DNA of 64,000 bases, from the NCBI RefSeq assembly GCF_006345805.1, contig NC_043008.1, positions 41,664,001-41,728,000 on the forward strand, read 5' to 3'. The notes under the pieces are model-generated. The model had not been told where the DNA came from. It was given only the letters and a program-made list of their open reading frames with translations, and made no database searches. Positions 39,400 to 52,339 of this stretch are shown here, one piece after another; position 1 is the stretch's first letter; each line of letters starts with the position of its first letter. A program made the translations under genes and the position numbers. The DNA is from Octopus sinensis. Its lineage: Eukaryota.

Positions 39400-39570
39400 A
39401 GTTTTTTCCTATGTCTTCCTTTTATTTTGAACTTTTCTCTGACTCCTGTTTCTGAAGAGCTTTGCTCGAAACGTAAAAAACCCTTTCTTTCCTTCCCTGA
39501 CCGTTTTATGCGACGTCGTCTTTGTTGCTGTTTTCTTGTGTTTTTTACCAGTTGTTTTGGGTTAATTATA
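39400..39570 (+). mobile_element. Penelope-like terminal module with minimal hammerhead motif at 39449-39478
   Basis: TTT CTGAAGA GCTTTGCTC GAAA CGT A AAA; ends GGGTTAATTATATA into (TA)n. Confidence 0.65.
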
Positions 39571-39882
39571 TATATACATACATACATACATATATACATA
39601 CATATATATATACTCACACACATATATATATATACATATATATACACATATATAAATATATATATACATATACATATATAAATGCATATATCTATATATA
39701 TATACATATATATATATATGAATATATATACATATATAAATATATATATATACATACACATAAATATATATATACAAATACATATATAAATACATATATA
39801 TACATATATGAATACACACACATATATATATATATATATATATGCATATATATACATATATATAATATATATATATATATAT

Positions 39883-39916
<34 letters not shown>

Positions 39917-39933
39917 GGATAGATAGATAGATG

Positions 39934-39976
<43 letters not shown>

Positions 39977-39985
39977 GGATAGATG

Positions 39986-40075
<90 letters not shown>

Positions 40076-40482
40076 TATAGATATAGATATTTTAATCAGC
40101 AATAAGGGGTTAAAAGGAAGCCACTGTCTGGATAATCGTGTCGCTATAAATTACTCCCATCATGTTTTACGATCTTGAAATAAAGACAAAAAAAATCTCT
40201 GGGCTTATTTTATAATACAGTCTGGAACTATTCCTGAAACAGTCGAACGGTAAGGACTAATAAGTGTTTAATTTTAGGTTTTTGATGGCCCAGAACTGAG
40301 CAAGTACCAAGTAGCAACAACAATAACAATAACAGTAGCTATAACAATAAGAGCAAGAACGACATCGCGAACAATAACGACAGAAATATTATAGTTTGTT
40401 TTATATATGGGCACAGCAAATTAGTGTTTCTGGGAACGGAAGTACAGCTACATATGTTGTAGTAGTAGTAGTAGTAGTGGTA

Positions 40483-40549
<67 letters not shown>

Positions 40550-40569
40550 CAGCAGCAGCAGCAGTAGTG

Positions 40570-40609
<40 letters not shown>

Positions 40610-40779
40610 CAGCACTAGTAGTAGTAGTAGTAGTAATAGTAGTAGTGGTGATGGTGGTGGTAGTAATAGTAGTAGTAGTAGTAGTAGTGGTGGTGATTGT
40701 GGTAGTAGTAGTAGTGGTGGTTGTAGTAGTCGTAGTAGTAGTGGTGGTGGTGGTAGTATTAGTGGTGGTGGTGGTGGTG

Positions 40780-40819
<40 letters not shown>

Positions 40820-41120
40820 TAGTAGTGAGCGATGGTGAAAGACTATAAGAAAGTAAAATGTAACAACCATAACGTCAATGTAAATATCTTTATGAAGCAA
40901 TATAATCCAGAAGCGTTTAACATTAACGAGGGCAGTAAATGGCAGTAAACATCGGACCATCCTAGTGGTCTTCTCTTCATGCTGACGAGGATGAGCATGT
41001 CATGATGATGATGATGATGCTGATGATGATGATGACGTCGACGATGATGATGGTGAGGATGATAATAACGGTGATGATGATGATGATGATGGTTGTGGTG
41101 TTGGTGTTGGTGGTGGTGGT
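39570..41120. repeat. (TA)n, (GATA)n/(GACA)n, (GTA/GTG)n at 40460-40825 and (GAT)n at 41002-41120
   Basis: Read directly; source of the poly-V and poly-M ORFs. Confidence 0.92.
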
Positions 41121-41199
41121 TATAAGTACGTGCTGCAAAGTGTGGCTTGTCATGGTGTTGAGAGAGAGGATGAATACGAAAAGGAGGGAGAAGGAAAAC

Positions 41200-42170
41200 G
41201 TTGGGGATGAGACAAATGAGGAAGAGAAAGAGGAGGAAAGAGAGAAAAGAACGAAAATAACAAAATCAAAAACAATGCCCGTTTATTTATAACGCCGAAT
41301 GAAATTTTTTTTACGTTTCGAGCATACGCTCTTCAACAGAAAGGATCAATAGAAAATAAACAGGGAGAAAATGAAAAAAAAATTAAGATATCAGTGGACA
41401 ACATGATGTATAATTGGAGAAAAGTTTGAAAAAAGGGAGATAATAAAGTACTGGTGATCCCAAGTGAAGGTGTTCATGCATGCGTGTACATATGAGAATG
41501 GAGTGTGTGAGTGTGCAAGTGTGTGTAGATACGAACGAGTTACTCTGACGTGTGTGAGAGTGTGCGTGTGTGATGAGTGTGCGTGTGACGTGTGTGTGTG
41601 CTGTGTGTAACATTTGAGGCGTGCTTTTTACGTGGTGTGCGCACATGTGCGTGTGTGTGTGACGAAACAGTGTGACCAAACAGTGTGTATGTTTATGGTA
41701 TATTTATGTCGGCGAAAGTTATCTTTATGTAAGTTGCGTGTTAATGCGGGTTGAGTGTGGTATGTATGGTGACGCTATTGCATATCGTGTGTGTGTGTGT
41801 GTGTGTGTGGATGATGCTGTGTGGTGAAGGTGCTGGAAAGTGGTCAGTGTTTGTGTATGTGGAGTAGTGTGGGGTGATATTAAATGAAGAGAGGACATGA
41901 GGTAGGTGTCAGATGAAGAGAGGAGGTAAGTTGAGCCCATGTAGCGCAAAGGAGCGAGGAGAGAAGATTTATACCGGTTCACGGTGAAGGCGCGAGTCCG
42001 AATGTCCCCTGCGCAAAGACAGTTCGAATACAGACAGATGTTGTAGCGAATGGCGTATAGAGCAGAAATAGCGGAGTGTCATTGCCGAATCTGATGTCTT
42101 GGAGGAGCTCCGAAAACCGGTTACCCAAGCAGCGTTCCGTGTGGCTGATGAACAGAGAAGGGTTCAGTGT
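41200..42170 (-). mobile_element. Penelope-like element 3' fragment: GIY-YIG C-terminus, UTR and hammerhead-like motif at 41309-41342
   Basis: Minus: NRFSELLQDIRFGNDT / RYFCSIRHSLQHLSVFELSLRRGHSDSRLHRE..HGLNLPPLFI*, homologous to 50900-51180; downstream TTT CTGTTGA A GAGC GTAT GCTC GAAA CGT A. Confidence 0.8.
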
Positions 42171-42176
42171 CTTATA

Positions 42177-42715
42177 CTATACCCTCAGGCCGACCAAAGC
42201 CTTGTGAATGTATTTGGTAGAAAGAAACTGAAAGAAGCCCGTCGTATATATGTGTGTTTCTGTGTCTCTGTTTGTCCCTTCACCGAGAGAATAAGCACTA
42301 GGCTTACCTTTATTAATAAAGCATATTATTCTACCTCCAGTATTCGAGTACTATTTTCTCCACCTTGCTTCGCATTTATGTGCCTACTCTGGTACACACA
42401 CACACACGCACAGACACACACACACACATATATATATAGTTAATCCGAACATGAAAACACAAACAGAAAACATAACAACGCGTGGACGTGGAACAAGTAC
42501 AGTGTTATTGGACTCTCAGGAAAGGAAAGAATTGAGGAGGATTTACCGTATATATATATGTATATACACATACATACCACCGTTTACTCCACCATAACTC
42601 AGCGGTTCGGCAAAAACGAATGACAAATTTTGTACCAAGCTTTAAAATAAGATCGTTCAAGGTGATGCCCCAACACGGCCGCTGTCTAATGACAGAAACA
42701 AGTAAATGATAAATG
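42177..42715 (+). mobile_element. Fragmented type B SINE (42177-42300 and 42560-42715) interrupted by other repeat pieces, including a Penelope-like tail at 42441-42550 (-)
   Basis: GGCCGACCAAAGCCTTGTG..GAAGCCCGTCGTATAT; CATAACTCAGCGGTTCGGCAAAA; the insert ends GGATTAACTATATA on the minus strand, like 39560. Confidence 0.65.
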
Positions 42716-43818
42716 TGTGTGCAAAATAGATCATCGTAATGAACGGCGATTATGATTATGATGATGATGAGGAGGAGGACGACGAGGGGGATACTAATGG
42801 TGATGTTTTTATTCATGCTAAAAATAGTAGTTTATTTCTCTTAAAAGTCACCCTCATAATTTAAAATGGTTGTTTATTGTGCAATCCATGAAAATATTAT
42901 TGAAGTCGCATTAGTGATCTTACACATAATTTTTCTGCTCTATCATATCTGACTGAGGACTAAACAACTAACAAACTAACTTGATAATATTATTATTGAT
43001 GTTATTGTGATGCTCAGCTGGTATATGTACCCTTGTTTATCATTAAATCATTCATCACTGATCCGGAATTATTACCTCAGTTATTACGCGTTATTCTTAT
43101 AACGAATTTATCTATAACACAAGTCTGTGATCAGATTAAGATTCTGTTTGGACCGCCAAAGCACGATCCTGCGACTATCAACAATTCTTGGGAAAAATTG
43201 GGGTCTCAGAGTGAAACCTATTTTACCCCATAGGTTCTCTAATTAATTTATCACGGACTTTTTAACACAGTATTTTTTTTAATCAAGCACCTGTGATAAA
43301 CAATGTCAGATGTGTCTATATACATAGTGTATTCCAGGTGATTAGGAGCATTAATATTTCATTCTATTGTTAAACATTATTTAATTCTAATGCTAAGCTT
43401 TATTAAAGATTATCCCGGAGCATTTTATCCAGCACGGTAAATATAGAAATATTTAAACATTTCTTCTGATGTATCTAGGAAAAGATGTGATGCCGAAAAA
43501 GTCATGGCAGCTTTTATCCGATTCTTTTAAGATTTTACACATTCCGGGTTTATAAGCAGAGTTTTTGTGAGAGAGTTAAACGAGTAATGATGGATAATGT
43601 AATCTCAATACAGACTGGAAACAATAAAGACAAGATGCTTGCAACTGTCTATTCATAAGGCTTTGCTTAAGTCTGTAGATATATACTGTAATACTGTGGT
43701 GCCCTGTACATATGCATTTATACACGCATACAAAGGCATATAGATTATCTATGCATTCAAAAATGTATATTAGCCAATATACAAATCCAGGTACATATAT
43801 ATATTATATACATAAATG

Positions 43819-43917
<99 letters not shown>

Positions 43918-43943
43918 CATATATATATATATATGTATATATA

Positions 43944-44264
43944 TGTTGACAATTTTAGCTGCGGTGAAAGACAGGAGGGTAGAGTAAGTTTCCTGTTATA
44001 TATTTCGATGGGCTTGTCTGTATTCCAATATACGCAATTTTCCATAGCGTAACACACCAGAAACCTCGATATTGATGTGGCACTCTGTCAACATAACGAA
44101 GATTATTATATAAAGATCCTGAGAAATATATCGCTTCTGGATTGGAAATATCTTCTTGCATGAAAAGACGTCGTCTTTCAATGCTAGTTTAATATATGTT
44201 CCTTTGCACTAAGCAGCGACTTACTCTACCCTCCTGTCTTTCACCGCAGCTAAAATTGTCAACA
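43944..44264. repeat. Perfect 46-bp inverted repeat around a 229-bp spacer
   Basis: TGTTGACAATTTTAGCTGCGGTGAAAGACAGGAGGGTAGAGTAAGT (43944-43989) and its exact reverse complement at 44219-44264. Confidence 0.95.
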
Positions 44265-44539
44265 CTTGAGGAAAGTGTACGGCTTAAATATGACAGCTTT
44301 GGAATAAATTGGATGATAAATCAATTCCAGCTCGGAAGATTTCAATTGCAATCTCACAATGTAATGCATCTGTATAGATATCTATGCCTTTGTTGAGTGT
44401 ATGTTCTATGTATGTATTTATGTGTATGAACATATGCATGTTGATAAGTAAATATGTACACATCTGCGGGTATATATAAAGATACATGTATATAAATATA
44501 CATTTATATATAGGTGAACATGTGCTTGTGTTTATATAT

Positions 44540-44581
<42 letters not shown>

Positions 44582-44609
44582 TCATATATATACACATATA
44601 AATTACATA

Positions 44610-44648
<39 letters not shown>

Positions 44649-44690
44649 GTATATGTACATGAATACATATATATTATATAATACATATGG

Positions 44691-44755
<65 letters not shown>

Positions 44756-44797
44756 GCATGCGAGATTTAATACTAGAGTCTATACGAGTAGTTATGC

Positions 44798-44889
<92 letters not shown>

Positions 44890-45071
44890 GCACCTGCATA
44901 TATGCATATACAGATATATCTATTGCAGAATTTTTATTTGTATATGTATACAAGCAAGTATATCTATATGTAGATGCTTTTATGTATATACCTGTTCGGA
45001 CACATACACGTATGCACGGCTTTATGTTTGTATCTACATGTCTATCTCTGTGTGTGTATGTGTGAGTTTGT

Positions 45072-45114
<43 letters not shown>

Positions 45115-46194
45115 TGTGTGTGTATAACTCCATGCAGAGCGTGATAAAGTTCCGAGTAGAGAACGTTAGTATTACAACAACGATTAAATGACTGTTTATA
45201 GTTTACGATGTGATTAGTTGTATTATCATACAATACATACACACTTGTATATATATATGATTTTATTTTTGTGCGTGTATGTTTGAGCGTGAGTGTATAT
45301 TCCTGCATAAACACTGACATGCACGAAAATTCCTATATACGTCCACACACACCAGACAAAAGAAAACATAATCTGTGTATATATCTGTGTATATATACGA
45401 GTGACTTGTTTTGATTAAATAAAAGCAAATTTCATATCCGTTAGGAAACCGGTGGAACATACATATGCCATTGTATAAATGTTTATATGACATATATATG
45501 TATTCAATTTAGTATTTACACATTAGTATTCAAGAGGATCTGCTTGAATATAATAACCTGAATATCGTGTGTTGCATTCTCTTTCAAACTTTTGCAATAG
45601 ACTTATCGGAGCGAATTGTTAACAAACTCTAACTTATAATTGAAGGATATAGTTTCAGGCATATGCTTTCTTTGACTGTAAGTTCTCAAGAGTTCGTGTC
45701 ACAGATACCGCTTCATTATAATGCGTTGCATAATATTTTTTCAGTTTTCAAATTGAAAATTTATTTATTTATATATTTGCTGCGGTACTCTTAGGTCATA
45801 TTATCTAAACGAAAATGATTAAGAGGGTCATGGTTTCCGGTTTATTTCCAAAGACGCTGTCCATACGTTGATAATTTTCTCGAAACTGTCAGTCTATTTC
45901 ATAAAACGCCTTCCTTTATCATCTAGCGTGGGAGACAACTGCTAACAAATCATATTCTTAAGGGCGTATCGTACATAGACCGCATTAACAAAGTGGTATA
46001 GGTGTTTTAGGTAAGATGGGTATATGACCATAAGTCACAGAGCCGCTCAAAATAAAACCTACATTGAGATTGCTAAAGCTATCAAGAATCCCGAAATTTT
46101 TCTCCATGTTAGTAAGGGTACATCTTTCAAAGTTTTGTTGCAGTATGTTCTTTTGCTAAACACTATATTATTTTAATATTTCGATCATTTAGAG

Positions 46195-46600
46195 CAGCTG
46201 GCTGGCAGAAATGTTAGCACGTCGGGCGAAATGCTTAGCGGTATTTCGTCTGTCGTTACGTTCTGAGTTCAAATTCCGCCGTGGTCGACTTTGCTTTTCA
46301 TCCTTTCGAGGTCGATAAATTAAGTACCAGTTAGGCATTGGGGTCGATGTAATCGACTTAATCCGTTTGTCAGTCCTTGTTTGTCCCCTTTGTGTTTAGC
46401 TCCTGGTGGGTAGTAAAGAAATAGGCATCTTGCCCATCTTTTCGTTCATCATTACGTTCCGCTGAGGTTGAACTTTCCTTTCACTTTTTCGGGGTCGGTA
46501 AAATAAGTACAATTTAATCGCTGGGGTCGATGTAATTGATTTACATTCTTCCCAAAACTGCTAGCCTCCGCAAAAATGTCGGGCCTTGTAATTAGAACTT
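46195..46600 (+). mobile_element. Two tandem type A SINEs
   Basis: Cores at about 46285-46330 and 46465-46510. Confidence 0.8.
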
Positions 46601-47097
46601 TCTTGTTTCAGTGTCAATAAAATAAAGAACACAATGAAGAACTGGGGTAAATATAATTGACACATTATCCCGCTCCACCTCACAATTTTGCAGTACCTTG
46701 TGCATAAATCAGTAATCACGGTAATTATACGGTAATCACTGGCCATATTGTGCTTCACCCATCGCGCCCTCAGTATATCACGGATTTTTGTGGCTAATAT
46801 GTGTAAATTTATATCGTGGACTCCTCAGTTTCTGCGACCGATAGTTATTTATATTTTTTTATATTTTAATTATTTCTGTGGTAAAATTAGCGTTTTCACA
46901 CCTAAAAACTAATAAATTAATAAATAATAATACCCTACAGAAGTTCAGTGTGTAACTTTAACTAAAATGCATTGAAAGAAAATACGTAGTGTACCATAAA
47001 TTAGTAAACAAAGAATCGCATGTACTATATGGAAAACGAAACTCGAGACGCGAGTGTGTGCTGTTGTTTTGCTTTTATAATAAAATAAATATATACA

Positions 47098-47099
<2 letters not shown>

Positions 47100-47162
<63 letters not shown>
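47100..47162. repeat. (AAT)n microsatellite
   Basis: Read directly. Confidence 0.95.
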
Positions 47163-47164
<2 letters not shown>

Positions 47165-48397
47165 TATACAGTACAGAACTGTTTCTACTTCGCAGATTTT
47201 CACCTATCGCAGGGTGTTTTGGAACGTAACTCCTGCGATAGTCGCGGGATTATTGTGCTTGTTGTTTGTAATTAATCATGTATTCACTATTGTAAGCCTT
47301 TATCAATATTGGTTTCAAATTTTGGCACTAGGCCGACAAAATCCTTTATCAATATTAATATATCAAATTATTTGGACGATGGAGGTTCTTTTCAGATTAT
47401 AGCATTTATCAGAATATTAGAAGCATTTAGCTTACATAGAGACCAGATCTTTCGTTTTATTGAAATTTTGTATTGTTTCTCGATGTATTTTATGGCAGGA
47501 ACATAAATACTTAATTAACAATTGATCTCGTAACACAACCTGTTATCTAATTATCGATTTGAAATCCTAACAATTAATGCTAAAATATGAAGTATTATTT
47601 CCACATCAAACATTTTAAAATATATCGCTTATGCAGTAATGGCGTTCTAATGACGGATAAAAGCATTTGAAACTGTTCTAGACTAGGGAACAGATTCCAC
47701 AACTGGCTTCTCTACACAGTTTAATGCCATTTCATTTCATTTCAATTTTGTCGGAAAGGAACATTTCCAATCCATTGTGATTATGTTGCATTGTGCTGCT
47801 TGGTTAAATATCCTAAGGTGAGTTATGGCGATAATTAATTAAATTTCCGAGGAGTTAATAAGCTTGAAAATTTAGATTATTAGATAGAAATATCATTAAT
47901 AGTGAGTTCTAATGATCATTGACTCGTTATGGTGAAGAAGGGTTAAATATTGGTAGAGCTTAAACTTACAGTGGTACAACAGGCAATGCTCTCCATTTTC
48001 TCGATTTAATATCCAATAACATTGTCCATTTATTTATAATAGGTAGGAAACAACTTACTAATAGCTTCTTGCTAACATTTTACAACTGACAAATATTGAC
48101 TTGAAAGTGTTTAAAATACCACGTTCTGCTATCTCTTTCGTGTGGACTTCAATCGTGACAGAACCACAAACAACGCGTTTGTACCTTCAGTTACGCCGCT
48201 ATCACTATAGAGGGACTCTAGAATTATTATTCTTTCTCCAACCATGAAAAAGTATTACTACCTTCACACCTCATTTATTTTATTATACATATCAAATGGG
48301 TTATATTTATGGCAAGTTGTTACTAGATGTTTTGGCAAAGAAAATTTCAGTTCGAGTATAAATAAAATCGTCAATTGAGGGACATGAAACTACATAT

Positions 48398-48612
48398 ACT
48401 CTTTACTCTTTACTCTTTTACTTGTTTCAGTCATTTGACTGCGGCCATGCTGGAGCACCACCTTAAGTCGAAGAAATCGACCCCAGGACTTATTCTTTGT
48501 AAGCCTACTACTTATTCTATCGGTCTATTTTTCCGAACCGCTACGTTACGGGAACGTAAACACACCAACATCGGTTGTCAAGCGATGGTTGGGGTCAAAC
48601 ACAGACACACAA

Positions 48613-48677
<65 letters not shown>

Positions 48678-49037
48678 ATATGTATGTGTGTGTATGTATG
48701 TATACATGTGTGCATAGGTATAAGTGAGAATCTCCTTATTTACCTAAAACTCTATTCCCCTTTTTTTTTATATATAGATTTTTTTATTTTTTTATTTTTT
48801 TCTTTATTTATTCTTCTATCTAATTTAACACTGACTCCTTGACCACTCCCCCAAGTATGATATTTTGCGCTATGCCTACCCCCAAAAAGTCCCCCACCAA
48901 CACCCCTTTAAACCTGCCTAAATGTATAAATGCCAATACAATTCTTGTTAACTAGCTTCCTGAAGATTTCTCTTGAATGAAACAGTTCTAGTCCTGTAGA
49001 AGCTCCTTCTATATAATAAATAATATATATATATATT

Positions 49038-49070
<33 letters not shown>

Positions 49071-49230
49071 CGACGGGCTTCTTTCAGTTTCCGTCTACGA
49101 AATCCACTCACAAGGCTTTGGTCGGCCCGAGGCTATAGTAGAAGACACTTGCACAAGGACCCACACAGGGGTACTGAACCCGGAACCATGTGGTTGGTAA
49201 GCAAGATACTTACCACACAGCCACTCCTGC
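48398..49230 (-). mobile_element. Type B SINE split by a ~300-bp insertion in its internal TA tract
   Basis: Tail 48398-48615 and head 49070-49230 are collinear with the intact copy at 13575-13955; foreign sequence at about 48711-49012. Confidence 0.85.
48954..49004 (+). ncRNA. Type I hammerhead ribozyme motif
   Basis: AGCTTC CTGAAGA T-TTC-TCTT-GAA-T GAAA CAG TTCTAGTC CTGT A GAAGCT: 6-bp stem I, intact core, 4-bp stem III, GUA site; U.U at 10.1-11.1. Confidence 0.7.
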
Positions 49231-50129
49231 ATCTATGGCAACAATTCTCGAGACAAAACATGAAAATAGTTGTCATGTGTTCAAGGAAATGAGAAAGAGA
49301 ATGATACCAGGTTCCTGTTTTTCTCTGAAGCATGAACAACGCTACTGTGGTGAAGATGCCGACGACCGCTTTGTTCAAAGCCTCCCTTGACCTCAAGTGG
49401 CCTGAACTCTTTACATGAACACCACCCTGTACTTAACTCCATGTGCATTCCTATTCAATGGCTTTCGATATTAAATATAATAATTGATTTGAAATACGTA
49501 TTGATGGAAAATATAGTTGTGTGACGGACATGTCAGTTTTCAAGGATGTTAGCGGCCAAAATAATGCGCATTAAATTTAAATGAGAACGGAAATTGCGTG
49601 ACAGATCCTTTCAATGGAATCCTTGCCGATGCGTGTATTAACAAATTGTTTTGTTTTGTTGTTGGTTTTGTTTTTTTGTTTTCTTGTGGGGTTGGGATTC
49701 GAACTATAGTTATTGCTGATAGTCTGCTCTATCATTAATTGATCTTGGAATAAAAACGAAGGGATGCACGTTGCTTGCGACACGTGATGAAGGCGTGGCT
49801 AAATATTTAAAGAAGCTAAATTTACTCCGCGAATACTTCATCTCAAAACAAAGTTCAATGAGGAATATTTTCTCCGAGGCACACTCAATGACGGGTATCA
49901 GCATGAAAATTAGCAAATTTAAATGGGCAGAGTTAAATACAACAATGATCAGGATGTTTTGTATCTGTGTATGTGTGTGTTCACGCGCGCGTGTGTGAGT
50001 GTGTGCCTGCGTGTGTGTACGTTTATACATACGTAGACAGAGTGACTGAGACACAAATACAAACATACACACGCATATGTAAATATATATAAGTATATAT
50101 ATATTTACACACACCCAACACACACACAA

Positions 50130-50255
<126 letters not shown>

Positions 50256-50899
50256 AGTGTATGCATACATATGAATACATATTCTGTTGGTAGCAATTTT
50301 TCGGCAGTTGCTATGTTTCTGAATTAAATTTTACCGAGGTCAAAATATTACTCATTTTAAAATTCATATTTTCAAATTGATATTGCACTAAATATAATAT
50401 TCTAAATAATATTTTTAGCAATTTAATATAATTTTATAATTGATTTCATTCAATCTACACCACTGAAATTGCACTATTTTTATTATTTTAATATTCAATA
50501 CAACAGACAAACAGTTTTGAATATATCCGTATGCGTATATGTGCATTGTATATATGTATGTAGATATATATGTGTGTGTGTGTGTGTGAGTGGTTATTTG
50601 TATATTTGTACGTGTGTAAGCATGCATGTTATTATGTATCTATATGTATGTATTTATGTGGATTTGCTTGTCTGTTTATATGTGCATTTAGAGTGTTGAC
50701 TATATACACATAAGGGTTTTGACGTATCTTTTATCTTTTACTTAGTTATTTTAGGAACGCTATTTTCAGATCAGTTTTCCTTCTCTCTTTCTCTATTCTC
50801 CCATCCCCTACCACTGTTTATTCTGATTCTTTTTATTCTTTTCCTCTGTCTATAACTAGTAACAACACAGTTGTGCACATTAGCACATACGCACGGGGA

Positions 50900-51385
50900 C
50901 GTATGACTGCATCCCCTGCTCTCTCTGCCCTTCTCTATACATCGGGCAAACGAGACGCGGCTTGACTGACCGGTTCGCGGAACACCTCCGAGACATCCGA
51001 CTCGGCAATGACACCCTGGTCTCGCGCTATTTCCACTCTACCGGTCACTCTTTGCGACTCCTGTCTGTATGCGGATTGTCCTTGCACAGGGGCCATCCGG
51101 ACTCCCGTCTTCGCCGTGAACAGGGATTAATCTTCTCCTTAGCGTCACATGGGCTGAAATCTCCTCCCTTCTTCATCTAACCCTCCTCCTCTCTTCAACT
51201 AACCCTTCTCTCCTCTTCTCTCTTCTCTTCATTCCTATCCGCCTTCCCCCTCTCCCTTCATCATCAGCCTTCCCACGTAAGTCCACCCTTACACAATCCA
51301 CCCCATCTTCCCTATCCGTCCCATCACACCCCGACCCCATCCCTTACACCCACTCCCATATACCCCACCTCTACACCCAACCAAC
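50900..51385 (+). mobile_element. Penelope-like element 3' fragment (GIY-YIG endonuclease C-terminal half and pyrimidine-rich UTR)
   Basis: CIPCSLCPSLYIGQTRRGLTDRFAEHLRDIRLGNDT..YFHSTGHS..REQGLIFSL..HGL; stop at 51180. Confidence 0.88.
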
Positions 51386-51570
51386 GGTTGACGACTGGTA
51401 TTGGTGTGTTTATCTGCCCGTAACTTAGCGGTTCAGCAAAATACTTTGATATGATAAGTACCAGGTTTAAAAAGAAACTACTGGAGTCGATACATTCGAA
51501 TTTAAAATTTTCAAGGTTCTGCCCCAGCATGGCCTCAGTCAAGTAAAAGATAAAAGATAACAGATAAATT
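51385..51570 (+). mobile_element. Type B SINE tail
   Basis: CCCGTAACTTAGCGGTTCAGCAAAA..CCCCAGCATGGCC. Confidence 0.75.
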
Positions 51571-51630
51571 ATATACGCACATACACATAGTCAAACTGGC
51601 ATACAACAAGACCGTAATGGTATTCTCTGA

Positions 51631-51848
51631 GGCGGCGAGCTGGCAGAAACGTTAGCACGCCGGGCGAAATTTCGTCTGCGTTACGTTGTTAGTTCAAATT
51701 CCGCCGAGGTCGACTTTGCCTTTCATCCTTTCGGGGTCGATAAATTAAGTACCAGTTACGAACTGGGGTCGATGTAATCGACTTAATACCTATGTCTGTC
51801 CTTGTTTGTTGCCTCTGTGTTTAGCCCCTTGCGGGTAATAAAGAAATA
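51631..51848 (+). mobile_element. Young type A SINE with 12-bp target-site duplication
   Basis: GGTATTCTCTGA at 51619-51630 and 51849-51860. Confidence 0.92.
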
Positions 51849-52011
51849 GGTATTCTCTGAGGATCCAAGTGTCTTAAGATCTCGATATGTTTTACGAAAG
51901 CAACAAGCTTTGAGTAACATTCGTCTGTATTCTTTCTGAAATCGCATGACTGCTATCATTCAATTGAAATTAGTCTATCAATCTATCTATTATATATATA
52001 TATATATATAT

Positions 52012-52277
52012 ATCACCATGACCAACCAGGCTATCAGATGTTGCTACACATCGCTGGTCACAATGTGCTTTGCATTGTTATAGCCTTCAAATGACGCCAC
52101 CCCACTGGCTAAGCGAGCAGGCCAACAGAAGAAAGAGTGAGAGAAAGTTGTGGCGGAAGAGTACATCAGGGATGGCCACCAACCCTTGCCGGAGCCTCGT
52201 GGATCTTTTAGGTGTTTTCGCTCAATAAACACTCAGAACGCCCGTCCGCTGCCCTAACCACTGGGCCATTGCGCCTC

Positions 52278-52280
<3 letters not shown>
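52012..52280 (-). mobile_element. SINE type C variant
   Basis: Minus head GTGGAGGCGCAATGGCCCAGTGGTTAGGGCAGCGG; body GTTTATTGAGCGAAAACACC is similar to 6390-6420. Confidence 0.75.

Positions 52281-52339
<59 letters not shown>

Noticed and set aside
47600-48050. Possible CR1 3' remnant on minus (LWNLFP)
   Set aside because: One short motif only.
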